NCBI RefSeq assembly: GCF_009914755.1
Contig: NC_060937.1
Origin: the human T2T-CHM13v2.0 reference genome, Homo sapiens
Length of the DNA stretch: 64,000 bases
Direction: 5' to 3' (one strand)
The translations under genes and the position numbers were made by a program. A model generated the notes under the pieces. That model made no database searches, had not been told where the DNA came from, and saw only the letters and a program-made list of their open reading frames with translations. Positions 43,998-59,750 of the stretch are shown one piece after another; within the stretch, counting starts at the first letter, position 1; every line of letters starts with the position of its first letter.

Positions 43998-45467
43998 ACC
44001 CCCAATCAGAGTTGTTTCCAAATCCCTTAGCTGTCTTTGTTGTTTAGCAATATCAAAAGTGTGGAGCATGGGACAAATCTAGATTCCCTTTGTGGACAGT
44101 GGAGGAAAGAAAAAAGAATAAGACAATTATTCAAAATATGATATCTACCAAAGGAAAATGAGAGTTTTCAAAGCCTTATAAATATAATTAGCTCAGTGTT
44201 CTAAAAGTAAAAATATACAGGAAAAGTACAGAAAAAAAGTAACAAGTATAAAAAAATTTTAAATTATTTTAAAAGTACAGGAAAAATGTACCCAAAAATA
44301 TAGAAAAGAATTGACTGGGAAAGTGTGTAACTATGCTTACAAACTACTTCAAGTAGAGAGATCATCATGAGTAATTATTTTCCTCTGTATTATTTTCTAC
44401 TGTTTCAAAAGACTCAATGCACATAGATTTATTTTTTTAACTTAGAAAAATATTGGGTTATTGTGTAAATAAGTATTAACAAATATCTCCATTGTATTAC
44501 TTTTTAAATGTCTTTCAGGGTTAAAAAATGGTCCTTACACTTTTCTTTAAAAATCATTTTTCTTACAAGAATATAGTTATTCTCAATTGTGAGAAGTCAA
44601 AAATTAAACTACAAACTTAAATATAAGAATTTTTGTATTTGTATTACCAAACAATTCAGTGTTTTTTTAAGAAATCAATGAAAGGCAAATTAAAGTAGAA
44701 ATGCAGCTTAGAAATTTAGAATACCGTTACACATTTTTTAAGGTAATTTACACACCCCTTCAAAATTAGTCTGTTTTCAAGAGGAAGGCATGTGTGTGGC
44801 CTGGCACCCATGTTTTAGGAACTCTATGGAGGGAAAATAGTGGTATTCAACAATAGCTCAAATAAAGTGACCTATGGAGTAGAAAAAAAGAAAGACTCAA
44901 GCAAATGTAAATAATTGTTCATTACATTTGCAAGGAAAGAATAAAGTATATTAATTAAGAGACAATGTACTCATTGTTATGATAACATATGATTCAAAAT
45001 AAAAAGAAGCAAACTAAAAACTATATTAATATAGAAAAAATTATGCTTCCTCCCTTAGATATTAAGAAAAAATATTTAAAACAATTTTCTAAGTTATTTA
45101 GGTATTAGCTCTGTTGGTAAGTGACAGTTGCTTGATTGTTTAGTTGGAAATATTTTTAATGTGAAAGGAATACCCAAGATAAACATTCAGAATATAGAAA
45201 AAAATAAGAAAGAATCATGATAAACCACAGCACCCACAAATTATTACTCACACTTTGGTGAGTGACATGCAAATATACACCAGAGGTGGTGAACTAGAGA
45301 AATAACTGCTCTTTGGGCAAACACATCTCTCCATTTTCTTTTAAAAAGTTCTTCAATCAGAGATACAAATTTTATTTACATAGGCAGAGAAGTTTCCTTC
45401 CTAATATTCTCATATTGATATATTTATTTCTATAAATCAATTTTTTATATTACCTAATTGGTTATTG

Positions 45468-46356
45468 TGATAGTGACAGGAGGCAGAGAAATTCTAGGCA
45501 GACAGGGTCGGGTCTCTGGCAAAACCCCATCTTCAAGCCGAAAAGCCTGAAACCGATGGTCCAAAGTGAGAACTTCTATCCCTGTTTTCCTGCCCAAATA
45601 TTGTATTTTCCTCAACTACACATGGCCTGCCCCATCCTTCATCCTGTGCCTATAAAGACCCCTGACTCAGTTGGAGAGAAGCAGAGAAGCAGCTGGACAT
45701 TAGAAAGAAGCAACTTGACTTCAGAGGGATGACTTGATAGAGAAGTGTCTAGCCAGAGACTGCTAGACTTGGGAAGATTACCTGCCTGTCCCGTCGCCTT
45801 TTTAGCTCCCCTGCCCACGGAGAGCCACTTTCATAGTTCAATAAAATCCTCCACGTTCGCCATCCTTCAATTTGTTCGTGCAAACTCATTTTTCCTAGAC
45901 GCAGGACAAGAGGTAGAGAGCCGTGAGTGCTGATACCCAAAAGAAGGCTTTCACATTGGCTCTTTGCCCTCCCACTGAGCTATTAACACTTAAGCCATCT
46001 GCGGAGGGCAGAGCAGAAAGATCATTGTAACGTGACTTCTGTGGCTTCAGGGGTCGCAGGAACCCCCACAAGGTCATTGCCGCGTGGCCCACACCGAGTT
46101 TGCACCTGCCAGCACCCAAAAATGGTCAGTCAGATCGCACACTCCCTCACTTATGTGCTCCCTCCAACAAGGGGTTGAGCTTGGCGAGCTGAGTAAATGG
46201 GGTTTGTTCCTGCCAATTCCCCAAAGCACTCGCTCAGGTTACTGCACTCATTTGCTCGCAGGCTCCCTGCTGCAAGGGGTAGACAGGGGCAGGCTGAGTA
46301 AATGAGGTACCTCTGTCACGAGTACCAAGAAAAGGTAAAGAAAATATCCTGCATCA
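45468..46356 (+). mobile_element. ERV1 (MER4-group) solo LTR, LTR28/MER50-like
   Basis: TGAT...ATCA termini, 4-bp TSD ATTG (45464-45467 / 46357-46360), TATAAA at 45651, AATAAA at 45840. Confidence 0.88.
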
Positions 46357-46700
46357 ATTGTATGTTGAAGAAAATTATTTATTAACCTATTTATTGTTTA
46401 TTAAGATTATTAAGATATTGTTTAATAATTGATTTAGTCTTATAAAATGTTTTATTTCATCAAATATTCAAATCTATTAAACTACATTGTAATGTGCAAT
46501 ATACTTGTTATTTTTACTTTCTGCTATGTGTGGTTTACGTTTTTATTTAAGCTTTAACATGTTTGTTTCATTTTGTTTTGTTTTGCTTTATTAAGCTAGT
46601 GATTTCTAAATTCGTATTTTTAAAGAGCATATATTGATAATCTAGAATTGTTTTACATGGTGTATTTATTTACTTGTGTTTTTTGTGGGAATGTCGACAA

Positions 46701-46901
46701 AGTGAAACCCTGTCTCTACTAAAAATACAAAAAATTAGCTGGGCGTGGTGGCGGGCGCCTGTAATCCCAGCTATTTGGTAGGTTGAGGCAGGAGAATTGC
46801 TTGAACCTGGGAGGCGGAGGTGGCAGTAAGCCGAGATCGTGCCACTGCACTCCAGCCTGAGCAACAGTGTGTGACTCCATCTCAAAAAAAAAAAAAAAAA
46901 A
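46701..46901 (+). mobile_element. AluS, 5'-truncated
   Basis: Starts at GTGAAACCCTGTCTCTACT; complete right arm with poly-A. Confidence 0.88.
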
Positions 46902-47449
46902 CCTTCTTAGCATAGAATCGCAAAAGTGATGGTATATAGACACACACACACATATATATATACACACATACATACATATACACATATATGCATGTATATT
47001 TAAATGTTTTAAATATAGGACTGAGATGATAAGAAATTGAGAGAAATTACAAAGTAATTGCAATTTGTGCTATTGGGTAGCACTAATTCAGAGAAACAAA
47101 TAAGCATTTGCCTTAGAGACATCTGCTTATTCCTGTGTTTTAGGGCACGCATTTCTAAGGACTACGTGGCAAATTACAGGAGACAAAGCTTGAACCTCAA
47201 AAAGTGTAAAGCCCTATGGATTTTCATCTTAAAAACCAAGACCCCTAACTTAATATCCCAAGTGATTAAAATACAGGCAAATGAGACTCTTCAGTCTGGT
47301 TACCTGCAGATAGAGCAGAAAATAGAAATTAAATGTTTCTTCTAAGAATTACTAATGATTGTGTGTGTAACAGGCCCAGTATTCATTCTGCATCTCTAGC
47401 ACTGAAATCCATATGCCAATAATTTAGTTTGTCTTCAGGAACATAGCAG

Positions 47450-49370
47450 AAGTAAGCAAATCGAATCTAGAAGAATACCCTTTAGGCCAGGCCACAAAAA
47501 TAAAATTGCAAGACATAGCACATAATAAAAAATCCCAAATTCATGAAGAAGTAAATCAGCATGAACAAGAATTGACAAAAAAAGAGAACTACAGAATCAA
47601 ATCCATAAACACAGTCTATATTAGAATATTGGGGAAATTCTAAAATGAAGAACAAAAGGCCCTCCTAGAACTGAAATGTATAATAATTAATAGTTGCTCA
47701 ATAGGAGGGTTAATGACAGTTATAGACAATGGAGAAAATGAATAATTGGAAAACACAATTCAGGAAAGCTTCCATACTACAGCATAGAGATACAATAATA
47801 TAAAAATATAAAAGAGAGTATAAGAAGCATCAAGGATAGGGTGGTTACTTTTAAAACTGGGAATTACAAAATAAAAAGAATGGTAAGCAATATTAGGTGA
47901 GATTTTTCTGAAACTGAAATTTCTAGAACCAATTCTCAGATTCAAAGCCCAAAATATCTAAAGTAGAAGTAAATAAAAATAAATATATCTCTAGATACTA
48001 TATTGAAACTGAGGTTCAACAAAGAAAAAAACTAAAAGATGATATATGAAGAAGACAGATTACCAATTGAGGAGAACAATAGAAGTCAATATAAGTTTGT
48101 TGAATTGTCAACAAAACAATGGAAACAGTTAGGATACATCCAAAGTTCAGATAAGTTGTATACTAATTAAAATTACCTTTCAAGAATAAGAAAAACTAAA
48201 CTCATTTTGCAACAAACAAGAAGTGAAGTCATACATTACATGCAAAACCTTAGTTATAGCATTTCTCAAAGAATAATGCCAGAGAGAATCTACAGAAATG
48301 TATGAATAAATTTAAAACATTGTCCTTAAAAAATAATGACAAAAACAATATTTAGTAAGTAGGACAAAAAAGAGAAATATAGCTAAAATGCTGCACAATA
48401 ATAGCAAATATATGAAGAGAAAGCTTTTGAAGCAGTCCCATAAACTCTAGTAGTAATTTAAGAATAGGGTGATTATTGATTAATTTTAGACTTTGATAAA
48501 TTTAATAGTCATCTTAAAATCTCCAAAGGACTAAAACGACAGAAATTCAGGATATAATCTCCAAAAGAATAGAGAGAAAAAAATAAAATGAAGAAAACAA
48601 TATATCTCAATCAGGATGAAATAAGGCAAGAAAGGCAAGAAAAAGAAGCAAAATATCAAGACTTATAGAAAGCAGAAATAATATTGTAGAAATAACCCAA
48701 TTTTATGACTAGTTACAATAAATAAAAAGGAGCAAATAAAACCAACAAAATAAAGTCTGCAAGATTAGCTATAAGAAATACAGTTATTTACATGAGATTC
48801 ATATAAAGCTCACACATACAAGGAAGGATTAGAAGTAAAATTTTAGATAAATACAAACAAAAAAACTGAAGTGGTCATATTAATATTAGGAAAATAGATA
48901 CTTAACATGAAAAATTATTACCAGGTATAAGTACGTAACTTCAAGTGGAAAAAAAGAGAAATATCATGATTTTAAACTTGTGTACATGTAAAAACACAGT
49001 TTTGATGTGTTTTTTTTTTTTTTTTTTTTTTTTTACTAAAAGGAAAATAAAAGAAGCTGGTAGAACCATAAGAAAAGATTTCCAAATAAAACAGAAAATT
49101 TTAACTGAATTCTTTCAAAATTTTTAATATCAGAGAAAAGTAGAAAACATTCAAAAGTCTTGAACAGAAAAATTCACAAGCTTGATCTTATCAATATATT
49201 TAGAATAGCATGAAGCAACTTCAGAATACACATACTTTTCAAATACCAAAGAATCCTTAAATAAAATTGGTCATATGTTAGGCAATCAAACATGTCACAA
49301 CAAATATCAAAAAGGCAGGCTTTTAAGGACCATATTTTATTACCACAACTTAAAAGGGAAAAAGATAATA
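47450..49370 (+). mobile_element. Very old L1M/HAL1-like ORF1 to endonuclease remnant
   Basis: A-rich decayed L1 motifs (CAGAATACACATACTTTTCAAATAC; AAAATTGGTCATATGTTAGGC). Confidence 0.55.
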
Positions 49371-50286
49371 TATTAATACTACAAATGTTAATATTTCAGG
49401 AGACTTGCAGTCCCATAATTTTTTCTGGAAACTCTTAGATGTGTCCTATAAATAGCAAGCTTACGCTCTGAAATAACATGAGGCCCCCCAGCCCTGAAAT
49501 TAAAGAGTTCCTGGCCCAATCCCATCTCGCAGCAGCCTGCCTCCCCTTTCCTTTCAACATGACAGATGATGCTGTGTCCTTCAACAGGGACTTCTGGCAG
49601 GTGGGGTGGTCACAGCCATCTCTAAGGCAGCAGGAGCACCTATCGAGTGGCTCAAGCTGCTGCTGCAGGTGCAGCATGCCACCAAGGAAATTACCACAGA
49701 TAAGCAGTACAAGCACATTATAGACTGTGTGGTCTGTATTCCCAAGGAGGAGAGAGTCCTGTCCTTCTGGCGTGGTAACCTGGCCAATGTCATCAGATAT
49801 TTCCCCACCCAGAGGCTCTCAACTTCGCCTTCGAAATAAGTACTAGCAGATCTTCCTGGGTAGTGTGGACAAGAGGACCCACTTTCAGCACTATGTTGCA
49901 AGGAACCTGGCATCAGGCGTGCGCTGGGGCCACATCCTTGTGTTTTGTGTACCCTCTTGATTTTGTCTGTACCAATCTACCAGTGGATGTGGGTAAAGCT
50001 GGAGCTAAAAGGGAATTCAGAAGCCTTGGTGACTGTCTGGTTAAGATCTACAAATCTAATAGGATTAAGGGCCTGCACCAAGGCTTTACCATGTCTGTGC
50101 AGGGTATTAGCATCTACCCAGCTGCCTACTTCAGTATCTGTGACACTGCAAAGGGAATGCTTCCAGATTCCAAGAGTACTACATCATCATCAGCTGAATG
50201 ATTACACACAGCCTGTCATTGTCATTGCAGGGTTGAATTCCTATCCATTTGACACTGTTCACTGCTAAATGTCGATGCAGTCAGGC

Positions 50287-50572
<286 letters not shown>

Positions 50573-50768
50573 GTACACAGGCATTTTTGACTGCTGAAGG
50601 AACATTGCTCGTGATGAAGGAGGCAAAGATTTTTCAAGGGTTCATGGTCCATTGTTTTCAGTGGCATGAGTGGTGCTTTTGTGCTTGTCTTGTATCATGA
50701 AATCAAGAAGTACACATACGTTGTTTCCTATAATTTTCCCCCGTGAACAGTCATGTTGTAGTATATAA

Positions 50769-51157
<389 letters not shown>

Positions 51158-51195
51158 ACTAGTTTTCTCTTAAAGCCATTTTCATGATATGATGA

Positions 51196-52870
<1,675 letters not shown>

Positions 52871-54039
52871 CTAAAAAGTAAACATAAGCATATACTGGAT
52901 AATTTACAAGTCAGAAATTTGCGCAGTTCTTTTTGCTCAGTTCACTTTAAATCACATTTATGAAGTAATTTCCGTTATTACTTTTCATCATTCACAAGCA
53001 GAAACTAAGATTTGAAAGTTTCAATCAATAACCAGCCAATTATCACACAAATGGAAAGATGGAGAGCTAACAACAAAAATTAGAAAGTTTGAAAAACTTT
53101 TATACAGTATTGCGAAGTAAATTATAGCATTTCCGCAAATATTTTTCTCCGTTATAAACTTTATGTAGACCTTTTGTTATTTTCAAATGTCCTTTTTGAA
53201 ACATTTCTGCACGTGTTTGCCAAATACATAATCATTACTTTATTATTTCAGAAAAAGAGAGGAGACATAGATAGATATTATTTTGTCATTACATTTTTAG
53301 TCTTCAGTGGCTACACTTGTTTTTAGATGGTGTTGCAAAACTCTTAAAGCTTTTCAGTGACGTATTTGAAGAACAATTTGTTCATTTCAAAGTTATTTAT
53401 GTTAAATTGTCTTGAATAGATATTAAAAATAGTATGTCTCAGAGAACCTGATGAATTTGTGAAAGGGTGATCTAAAATTAAGCAAGCATTCTAAGTGCGT
53501 GTGTATGTACGCACATGCACACACACACATATGCACACACACATATTTGTTTCGTATCTTACCTTCATTATAGAAGAGCCTGATTATTCACATTCACAGA
53601 TAACACTTGATCATCTTAAGTCCCATTCTGTATAAAAGGATTTGCTGAAAAAAGAGACTGTATAAAAGTCCTGTACTGTATGAAAGAAGTATTATCAGAT
53701 ATTATTTTATATAATTCACTTTGCAATTTTGCCCAGAAAAACATAATTTTTTCTATTATATATTACAAAAAAGGCAAAAATATTATTAGAAAAAAATAGA
53801 AATTTTCAAAACTAACCCTTGTAACTACATAAGTATGGTTTTGTTTTACAAAAAGGTAAAATATAAAATGTACAAATCTCATAAATTTGTGTTCATAACA
53901 ATTATGTGTTTTTTAAAAAATAACAAAATAAATTCAAAACTGAAAGTTTATGAATGGAAGAATTTGGTCACTTAGGTGAAATTGATCCATTGCTTATTTC
54001 CCAAAAAACTATATAATCCTAGACCACAAACAGGCCAAT

Positions 54040-54423
54040 ATTTATCAATAGGAGTCTGAAAAATTAATGTGAATTGCAAATACATAGATCTGATATGTTA
54101 AACTTTCTAAGTGTTTACCAGAGGCTGGAGGGGTATGGGGGAAAGGGAAGATAAGGGTCAAAAGGCCCAAAGCCTCAATTAGACCGAAAGAAATAAGGAC
54201 TTTTTTCTATGAGATCTATTGTACCACATGGAGAATGTGGTAGATAACAAGATATTTGTACATTTCAAAATTGCTAAGAGTAAATTTCAAATTTTGTCAC
54301 AACAAAAAGTCATAAATATTTAAGGTTGTGGATATGTTAATCAGTTTTTTTTAATGATTCGAGATTGTATTAATAAATCAAAACATTATTTTGTACCCCT
54401 TAAAACATAAAATTAAAAAAAAT
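54040..54423 (+). mobile_element. L1MA-type 3'UTR fragment
   Basis: TACCAGAGGCTGGAGGGG; CATTTCAAAATTGCTAAGAGTAAATTTCAAA; GGATATGTTAAT. Confidence 0.78.
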
Positions 54424-56128
54424 ACTCATGGAGATCAAAAGCAAGAACAATGGGGATAAGAACAACAGTGAGAAAATGAGATTGGATGAGCAGGCACCAA
54501 TATTATAAATAAATAGAAAGGAAAGAGTAGAATATACAATATAGAAGAGTAATTGATTATTGCATTATTTATTAGCTTCATATTTTATACTACATATTTA
54601 GATCATAAATCACATATTTTACTTTCTGTACTAGAAAAGAAAGCTTTGGGGAAACAAATGTCAAAATATTTATTCTATTCTCACTGTCTACGCTTAATTT
54701 CAGGATCGTACTGAATTTTATTTATTTATTTATTTCTCTTCTGAGCCAGTTATAAGCAGATTCTGCCTAGTTGGAACTTTCCCTCAAATATATTTCCTTT
54801 TATTTTAATTAAGATAGAATATCAATCTTTAAATGTTATCACAATACATGCTGAGAAATAGGAGAAGAGCCTGCCTACAGATAAGCAGCTCAAATAGGGG
54901 TAGTGATTGTAAATGTACTGTGATAGTGTCTGTGGATATTGGATTAGGGCAAAAGCTAGTCTAGTAGCTCATCCAATAATTTTTTTGTGTATCATTCAGA
55001 AAATACAAAAAGAGAAGAGGAGGTACCACCTTCACCTAGCAGCCTGCACCAAATAACAGCAGCTCAGCTTTTTTAAGGTTAATTTTTGCCCAGAAAAACA
55101 TAAGCCTTTTTCATCAGCATATGTTGGCATTTTCTTTTTTTGTTTTATGGGAGATCCTATCTGTAGATTTGGGAAATCAAACCCAAACAAAATGCAACCA
55201 AAACAAAACAAAAAGACAGAACCAGAGAGAAAATACAGGTTGGAAATGTCATTACCCATTTTCTCTATCTAGCTGCATTTGATTCACAGTAAAAATTTCG
55301 GTTACATTTCGAACATACGTTGACATCTGTCCTGGTTTTCAACAACATTGTGAGTTTTTGTCTGTGTTCTCTGTTTCATACCTGTAGGAAAATTGCACAG
55401 GGTCTACCGTAGCTAGCTTTCCAAATGACAACTCTGCATATCTCATCAATATTCATTGTGTGGTTCAATTAAAACTCAGATTTTTTTCCAACAAAACTTA
55501 CTGGAGACTGGTGTTTCCCAAACTTTGCGCCTAAGTAGTCATGAATTTCACCAGTTAAGGTATTATGTGGGCTTAAGTGATATTGTAAAAATGAATCCAG
55601 AAGGGAGTACAGCAATTAAATGATACCAGTCTTTTGACTTGTCAGTGAGCTACTGGCAAGGAACCTCTGAAAAGTATTCTCTAGGCAGTGAATCTGACAG
55701 AATAATATTTCAGTTTCAACTGTATGCTCTTAACCATTTATGAAAATATGATAGAAGATAAAATCTCAATATAAAATGGAAGATTTTATTGGTTATATTT
55801 TGGTGTTTCTCTATCCAGATACAAAGTCATCCTATCACAGACGAATATCAATTGGGCTCATAGTAAGTCTCTCTCCAATAATGTGCTGCTTGGAAACTTT
55901 CTTATTCTAGGGAATCATAAATTGATAATCTGATGGCTTGTCACAGTGCCCTCTCATGTATTATATTTAAGCTGGCAAGCCAAGAATCACCAAGTGATTC
56001 CTATTCTCATTCTAATGATTTTAAAAATATGTACCTATTTGTAGACTTAAAAAAATAATATCTAGAGAACGTAAAAATAGCTAATACTAGAGTAATATTT
56101 ATTTATGCGCTAAATACTATTTATTTAC

Positions 56129-56260
56129 TTTTTTTTTTTTTTAAGAGGTGGAGTTTTGCTATGTGGCCTAGGGTGGACTTAACCCCTTTGACTCAAGCAA
56201 TCCTCTCACTTCAGCCTGCCGGGTAGCAGGGATTACAGTCTCACACCACCATGCCTGGCT
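56129..56260 (-). mobile_element. FLAM/Alu monomer within a MIR remnant (~56080-56430)
   Basis: Poly-T then GACTCAAGCAATCCTCTCACTTCAGCC...CCATGCCTGGCT. Confidence 0.78.
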
Positions 56261-58539
56261 GAGACACTGTTTTTGAGCCATATATTTTATATTTAATACA
56301 TATACTAATTCACTTCCATAAGAAGAAGCTAAGGCACAGAGAGGTTATGTAGTATGCCTACATTCACAAAGTTACTAAATATTGAGGACGAAATTCAGCC
56401 CAGCAGTCTCCTAGGCATCATATGATACTACTCTCATTGCAGTCACACGTTGTAATAATCTGGGATGGCTGTTGGCACTCAAAAGCATACGTTTCCCTTT
56501 GAATTGCTGATTTTACTAAACTAGAAAATAATAGGAGAGAAGAAAAATCCACCAGAGAAGAAATATTCAAGAAACTGTTAAAAACATGTTTGCAATATTT
56601 GTCAAAAAATTTACTATGAATAAGATTTAGTTAACTTTGCCACGAAATATGCAGGATAAATGTGCCCAGTTAAATTTGGGCACAGTTAGAAAATGTTTAC
56701 ACTAAATAAAAATTGTTTAGCTGAAATTCCATTTTAACTGGTATCCTGTGTTTTCATTAGCTAAACATGGCAACTCTAATTTTATGAATTAATAGATATT
56801 ACCGGTGAGAAAATCAAAATAATTTTAGGTGATTTAAAACGTTGATAAATTATACTAGATAGCTTCAACTTTTATAAATTCAAATACTTATAATTTGATT
56901 TTTAATCAAATAAAAATAAATATTTAAATCTGTATTTGACTAATTTATTGAAAAAATACATACTTGATTCAACATGGCTTACAACTGAAAAATGACAGAA
57001 ATATATGTATATGTAATATGAGTGTATGTATATATGTATAAATGTATGTATATTTGTTCATGTGTATGTATATTTTTCTGTGCCCCAAACACATAACTGA
57101 GCTAAAGAAACAAAATGAATTTGTGCATAGCAGAAATGAAGAAAATATTCTAAATGTCAATGGGGCAGACATCAATGTCATCTGTGCCTCACATCTAGAA
57201 GCTGAGTTTGGCTCTATTAATATGAGGACACTAAAAGTGCTGCACAGCAGAGAGGAAAGAGCATGAAACATAGTAAATGATGTTCTAACTCAATCAGAAA
57301 AATGCAAATTAAGACAGCAATGGAACATGATCTCTGCTCTTGATATTGGGAGAATTTTCATATCTAGCAAAATTAAGTGTTTGGAGGAATGTAGAACGAA
57401 AGCAACCTTCATATGCCAAATTAGGAAAATAAGAGCAATTTAGCAATGTCTAATTTCATCAATGAGAGACATACTCTTTCATCAGCAACCTCATTATGGC
57501 ATAGCAGTACAGCTACAATATTTTTGCATAATATCTTTTCTTGGGTAAATGTTTATTTGCTATGCTATTTTATAACTTTTTGAATCCCTGAATTATTCAA
57601 AAATAATTATTTAAAATTATAAAAAAGCTATTTTAAAATAACTACTGGAGAAAAAAGTTCTCTAAATCTAAGTAAATAAGTTTCCAGATCCAAGGAAAAT
57701 GAGACAATGGAGCCATTCTGAGGTAAAAAGTATTTCTAATTTAGAATTCTAAACTTTATTCAAAAGTAGAAGTAGTAAAATATATTATTAAATATTATAC
57801 TACATCATATAAAGTTTATACATTACATATAACATTTTCCAAAAATTTTTCCAGAAACAGGATGACATGAACTATTGAAATGAGGAGGTAAAAGTCAATG
57901 AAGGGCATGGAAATGAAGAAAACAGGGCATCCAACACAGGAGAGAAGTGAAATAAACCCTGACAATGGAGAGTTAAGGAAAGTCCCACAATAAGATATGT
58001 GTAGTAGGAATACTTAACACTGAGCCAAAGTTAGAGCAAGAATTCAGAGGCTTTGAGAGTGAGGTTTCTAACAAAAAAAAAAAAAAAAAAAATTAATAGA
58101 TTACATGATGCAATTAACTGTTTAAAGTTTGTCAGGACAGAGTTCAGTTAGAGAGACAGCATAGAAAAGCAAGCCTCAGATAATTCAGAAAGATTAAAAA
58201 TTTTGACAGAAAGTCATATACTATAATGGCCCAGCTGTACACAATATATACATAAATATATTGACATTGAGTATTATCCAAAAATTATGTTAAATTTTTG
58301 TTAGAATTTAGGCATGGGTTTGCACAATAGAATAAGGAGAAATGTAGTACGTTATATTTAAAATAGGAGAGAAAAGCACAAACTAGTAGAATTTAAAATT
58401 CATTAACATTGAATAAATATTGGAAGAATAAATTTAAAATATAAAAATGTTTTCCTTAATGGAATAGAAATTATTATTAAAAAGGAATAGACAAAAAATT
58501 GCAACACTTTGTTATAAACGTGTAATGTTTACTTTTAGT

Positions 58540-58903
58540 TAATTTTTTTATTTCTGTGGATTTAGGGTACAAGTGCAGTTACATTACACAGATTTTTTGC
58601 ATAGTGGTAAAGTCTGGGCTTTTAGTGTACCCATCACCAGAATAGTGTACATTATATCGGAAAGCTAGTATTTCATCCCTAACCTGCCTCCCACCCTTCC
58701 ACTTTCTGGACTTTCCAATGTCTATTTTTCTACTCTGTATGTCCATGTGTACTCATTGTTTAGTTCCGACTTATAATTGAGCACATGCTGTTTTTGACCT
58801 TCTGTTTCTGAGTCATTTCACTAAAGATAATGGTCTCCAGTTCTATTCGTGTTGCTGCAAAAGGCATGATTTCATTCTTTGTTATGGCTGAGTAGTATCC
58901 CAT

Positions 58904-58905
<2 letters not shown>
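58540..58905 (-). mobile_element. L1PB/L1MA1-3-like 3' end (antisense)
   Basis: GTCTGGGCTTTTAGTGTACCCATCACC; TTGCTGCAAAAGGCATGATTTCATTC. Confidence 0.82.
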
Positions 58906-58945
<40 letters not shown>

Positions 58946-59035
58946 CATAGGTGTGTGTATATATATGTATATATACACACACATATATGTATATATGTAT
59001 ACCTATACACACACACACACACACACACATATATG
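58904..59035. repeat. Quasi-palindromic (TG)n-(TA)-(CA)n microsatellite
   Basis: Seen directly. Confidence 0.9.
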
Positions 59036-59049
59036 TTGATATTGGCAAC

Positions 59050-59750
59050 AACAACACCTAGAAATATATTTAACCAAGGAGTTATGAGACCTCTGAACAC
59101 TGATGAAAGAAATCATAACTGACATAAACAAATAGAAAACATCTATGCTCATGGATCAGCAGAGTCAATATCCTTAAAATGACCATACTGCTCAAAGCAA
59201 CCTACAGATTCAGTGCTATGCCCTTTCAAACTACCATCATCGTTCTTTACAGAATTGAAAAAAAAAATCCTAAAATTCACCTAAAACCAAAAAAGAGCTC
59301 AAATAGTAAAAGCAATTCTGAGCAAAAGAACAAAAGCAGAGGCATTACATTGCCTGACTTCAAATTATACTACAGTGCTGCAGTAAACAAAGCAGTGTGG
59401 TACTGGTATAAAAATAAACATATGCTTTGGGGGGCCGAGGTGGGTGGATCACCTAAGATCAAGAGTTCGAGACCAGCCAGGCCAACATGGTAAAACTCCA
59501 TCTCTACTGGAAATACAAAAATTATCCAGGTGTGGTGGTGTGCATCTTTAATCCCAGCTACTCAGGAGGCTGAGGCAGGAGAATTGCTTGAACCCATGAG
59601 GCAGAGGTTGCAGTGAGCTGAGATCCTGTCACTGCGCTCCAGCCTGGGCCATAGAGTAATACTGTGTTTCAAAAAAAAAAAAAAAAAAAAAGGGTCAATG
59701 GAACAGAATAGAGATCTCAGAAACAAAGTTACATACCTACAACCAACAAA
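59050..59750 (+). mobile_element. L1PB-like ORF2 segment (sense), interrupted by Alu
   Basis: MTILLKATYRFSA..GITLPDFKLYYSAAVNKAVWYWYKN. Confidence 0.82.
59424..59691 (+). mobile_element. AluS, lacking the first ~35 nt
   Basis: CTTTGGGGGGCCGAGGTGGGTGGATCACC...poly-A. Confidence 0.88.

Noticed and set aside
49478-50268. ANT-like ORFs as a functional gene
   Set aside because: Multiple frameshifts, in-frame stops, an Alu in the CDS and no introns: processed pseudogene.
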